A stretch of 64,000 bases of DNA from Gammaproteobacteria bacterium (lineage in GTDB: Bacteria; Pseudomonadota; Gammaproteobacteria; Steroidobacterales; JABDLF01), in contig JABDLF010000058.1 of the NCBI GenBank assembly GCA_013003115.1, positions 3,716-67,715 on the forward strand, read 5' to 3'. A program made the position numbers and the translations under genes. Below, piece by piece: positions 61,094 through 64,000 of this stretch (within the stretch, counting starts at the first letter, position 1; the number at the start of each line of letters is the position of its first letter). Under the pieces are notes generated by a model. It saw only the letters and a list, made by a program, of their open reading frames with translations, made no database searches and was not told the origin of the DNA.

Positions 61094-61756
61094 ATGGCGT
61101 TACAGATCGATGTGGTATCGGACCTCGTTTGTCCGTGGTGCTTTATTGGCAAGCGCCAGCTCGGCGATGCGATGCTCAGCCTTGGCGGTCCCCGAAAGAT
61201 TCAGTGGCACCCGATGCAGATTTATCCCGAAATTCCCGAACAAGGCGCCAAAAAGGATGACTTTCTGGTAAAGAAATATGGCAGCCTCGAAGGAGTACAC
61301 AAGGCAATGGATATCCTGACAAAAACCGGCGATGAATTCGGGATACGATTCGATTTCGATCGCATCAGCAAAATTCCCAACACGCTTGATGCCCATCGCA
61401 TAATCTATGCCAGCCATGCCGGTCAGCAGAGCAGGCTGGTGGACAGGCTGTTCAGCGCCTTCTTTGAGCAGGGGCTGGACATCTCTGACAGAGACGTGCT
61501 CCTCGGCGTGGCCGAAGCGTCTGAGCTTGAACCCGCCACAACTACCAAAGCGCTCGACGACGATGCGACGCGAGAAGCAGTGCTTTATGAGCAGGAACGA
61601 TTCAAAAATCTCGGCTTATCCGGGATACCGAATATCCTGCTTAACAAGCAATTCTCCATAAGGGGTGCCCGCGACACCGAATCCCTGGTGCGGGCCTTTG
61701 ACCTGGCGCTATTCGGCGTTCCCCAGAAAGAACAGCCGCCCCCGGTCATTCACTGA
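61094..61756 (+). CDS. DsbA/FrnE-family oxidoreductase
   Basis: SDLVCPWCFIGKR, PNTLDAHR, SGIP. Confidence 0.92.
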   Translation: MALQIDVVSDLVCPWCFIGKRQLGDAMLSLGGPRKIQWHPMQIYPEIPEQGAKKDDFLVKKYGSLEGVHKAMDILTKTGDEFGIRFDFDRISKIPNTLDAHRIIYASHAGQQSRLVDRLFSAFFEQGLDISDRDVLLGVAEASELEPATTTKALDDDATREAVLYEQERFKNLGLSGIPNILLNKQFSIRGARDTESLVRAFDLALFGVPQKEQPPPVIH

Positions 61757-62289
61757 TTCGGGTTCTCGCGCTCGTCAGGTTCGCCGAGCGGGAAAATCAC
61801 GGGCAGTCCGGCGGCCTTCCACCCGTCACCACGCATGTAGCCCTTCTTGTCGGCGCCCTCGTAGCCACCGGGGAAAACGTAAACATCCGAAAACCCCTGT
61901 TTTTCGCCAAGCTCCCAGGCCGCCTGGGTCGCGCGCGTTCCACTTGCGCACAGGAGCAGCAGCCTTTGCCCGGCATCGAAACGACTTGTGATCGCGCGCA
62001 GGAAATTGATATTTTCCGCGCGTTTCTCGCCCCGATAGTAGCTGCGAATTACAGCACCGGGGGCGTGCCCGTCCTCCCTGAACTCATCCACCGTGCGCAC
62101 GTCGATGATAACGAATTCCGTGCTCTGCTCCTGCCAGGCGCGAACCGTGTCAGCATCCGCGTAGTTGACCAGCCCAAGGTAACTGCCAGGCATGCCATCG
62201 TCCGCCTGCTTTGACGCCGATGGCAAGGCACATCCCGTGCAGGCAATTGTGATCAGAAAAAAAGTCGCAACAGCAGCTGAAAAATTCAT
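61750..62289 (-). CDS. Exported rhodanese-like protein, possibly a lipoprotein
   Basis: IDVRT..EF..GH.PGA, LCASGTRA, GG..G; hydrophobic N-terminus with TGC. Confidence 0.82.
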   Translation of the reverse strand: MNFSAAVATFFLITIACTGCALPSASKQADDGMPGSYLGLVNYADADTVRAWQEQSTEFVIIDVRTVDEFREDGHAPGAVIRSYYRGEKRAENINFLRAITSRFDAGQRLLLLCASGTRATQAAWELGEKQGFSDVYVFPGGYEGADKKGYMRGDGWKAAGLPVIFPLGEPDERENPNQ

Positions 62290-62427
62290 CGAACCTGGCC
62301 CGCTCGCATTGTCCATGAAGCCTTTAGTTTGTCCCGGTCGCGTCGGGATTGCCACCCAAAGCTACAGACCGTGTGCGAAAGCCGGTTTTCCACGACGGCG
62401 CCAGGCTGCAGTGACTATAATCACCGC

Positions 62428-63138
62428 ATGTCAGCTGCAGCGACCCGCTTGTTATTCAGAGAAGATCCCTATCTCCGGACCTGCCGGGCCACAGTCTCGC
62501 GTCTCAGCGAGCAAGGTGTGACTTTTGACCAAACTGTCTTTTATCCGAGGGGTGGCGGTCAACCGGGAGATACTGGCACCATCGCTCGCAGTGACGAATC
62601 GTCTCTCGGCATACTGGATACGGTGCACGGCGGCAATGGCGAGGTGCTGCACGTAATTTCGGGCGCGGAGGGCCTGTGCATCGGCGAAGAAGTTGAGCTT
62701 TGTCTCGACTGGAAGCGTCGCTATGCTCATATGCGCATGCATACCGCCTTACATCTCCTCGGTGCAGTGGTGCCTTTCGGTGTCACAGGCGGCAATATAA
62801 GCGCGGCGCGTAGCCGCCTCGATTTCGATATGCAGGAAAGCCTTGATAAAGACCAGGTAACCTCATTACTAAATGCCCTGGTCTCTGCGGACCACCCTGT
62901 CATCAGCCGCTGGATAACGCAGGCGGAGCTGGCCGCCCGGCCAGAGCTGGTGCGAACCATGTCAGTAAGGCCGCCCCAACAAGTCGAGCGCCTGCGGCTA
63001 CTCGAAATTCCCGGCGTCGATCTGCAGCCATGCGGCGGCACGCACGTATCGAGAACGAGTGAGATTGGCTGCTTGAAGGTAAGCAAGGTAGAAAAAAAAG
63101 GTCGGCGAAACCGGCGCGTCCATATTACCCTGGACTAA
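62428..63138 (+). CDS. Free-standing alanyl-tRNA editing protein AlaX
   Basis: FYPRGGGQPGD, MRMHTALHL, CGGTH. Confidence 0.93.
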   Translation: MSAAATRLLFREDPYLRTCRATVSRLSEQGVTFDQTVFYPRGGGQPGDTGTIARSDESSLGILDTVHGGNGEVLHVISGAEGLCIGEEVELCLDWKRRYAHMRMHTALHLLGAVVPFGVTGGNISAARSRLDFDMQESLDKDQVTSLLNALVSADHPVISRWITQAELAARPELVRTMSVRPPQQVERLRLLEIPGVDLQPCGGTHVSRTSEIGCLKVSKVEKKGRRNRRVHITLD

Positions 63139-63237
63139 AACCTGCTTGATTCATGCGACTGAGTCTGCGCTTTCTGTAGTTATGCTCGAAGTTCCGGCGA
63201 CTAGCTCAACGTTTTCGCGTGACCGGCCGCCCGATTT

Positions 63238-63420
63238 TCAGGCATCGCCGTCCGAGGAGCCGTCGTCTCTGCTCATAAACCAGCCTCCCAGAAAACCGAT
63301 GATGCCGCCGGTTATGCCGGCGCTCAAAAGATTAATCTGTCCGCTGTTAAATATGACTCCGACAATAGCGCCAATCACGAGTCCAATTATTGTTCCGGAA
63401 ATGATCTTGTTTTTACCCAT
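63238..63420 (-). CDS. Small Gly-rich two-TM membrane protein
   Basis: GTIIGLVIGAIVG and AGITGGIIGFLGG glycine-zipper-like helices. Confidence 0.65.
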   Translation of the reverse strand: MGKNKIISGTIIGLVIGAIVGVIFNSGQINLLSAGITGGIIGFLGGWFMSRDDGSSDGDA

Positions 63421-63743
63421 GGCGAATCTCCAATTGTTCCAGTCTTCTGGCCGCCCCTGCCTGTCCTGAAAGAAAGGCGTAGACATCTTAGCGTAGCAAT
63501 TGTGGCATTTACCGGCTTGCCCAAGGCTTCACCAAAGTCTAAGTGTTTATTTCTTATACGATTGTTTTCTGATTATGTTTAGTGGGCTGCGGCCTCGCTG
63601 GAACAGCGTGTTGTATTGCAGCGCAATATCAGGCATTTGCGGTTCTCTGTTGCTCAAGACCGGTATGCTATTCTCGAAACGCAGGGCCGCTGCAATCGCG
63701 ATCCGAAGCAGCCTCAAAGCAAGACAAAAATCGGGGGCGCTAT

Positions 63744-64000
63744 GTGAGTACGGGCAAATCCGAGATTCTCCACAACATCGCTCTTGTTGGTCATGCCGGC
63801 GCGGGTAAAACCACGATCGCCGAGGCGCTGCTCAGCGCGACCGGCACTATCAGCAATGCCGGCTCAATCGAATCAGGCAACACCGTTTGCGACTTCGACC
63901 CCCAGGAGATCGAGCTAAATCACAGCATCGACACCGCGCTTTGCCACTTTGAGCATCGGGGTAAGCGGGTCAACATCATCGACACACCCGGCTATCCGGA
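63744..64000 (+). CDS. Elongation factor G paralogue (EF-G2 type), 5' part; absent from the ORF track
   Basis: GTG start; NIALVGHAGAGKTTIAEALL, GNTVCDF..QE, NIIDTPGY (Tyr in place of the His of canonical DTPGH). Confidence 0.9.
   Translation, partial: MSTGKSEILHNIALVGHAGAGKTTIAEALLSATGTISNAGSIESGNTVCDFDPQEIELNHSIDTALCHFEHRGKRVNIIDTPGYP

Noticed and set aside
63500-63808. 102-aa ORF from the track
   Set aside because: Spans a probable promoter region and overlaps the EF-G paralogue start in another frame

Overview
Chromosomal, roughly 60% GC window from a gammaproteobacterium. Gene content and signals (CRP/Vfr-type regulator, sigma32 groESL promoter, CTGT-N8-ACAG LexA boxes, ppnN, plsB) fit that class; finer taxonomy cannot be read from the sequence. 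It holds about 55 CDS and I found no rRNA, tRNA, CRISPR array, integrase or transposase. Recognisable content: plsB (partial), fatty acyl-CoA reductase, putP, 5-oxoprolinase and GGCT, crp, ppnN, three GGDEF/EAL proteins, lipA, pgaABCD, OprF-like porin, cNMP-gated MscS, UvrD-like helicase, a FixLJ-like two-component pair, groESL, AlaX and an EF-G paralogue (partial). The most interesting signals are not in the ORF track. (1) A probable ~95-nt Csr/Rsm-type sRNA with two GGA hairpins and a terminator, preceded by a perfect palindrome, directly downstream of the FixJ-like regulator. (2) Three perfect and several near-perfect CRP boxes in front of c-di-GMP genes, pgaABCD and small unknown proteins, including an unannotated 47-aa membrane protein. 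(3) A solitary, motif-diverged contractile tail-sheath gene heading a housekeeping gene run next to an NYN ribonuclease. (4) A pair of unknown genes upstream of groES. All calls come from reading motifs by eye; no database search was run.
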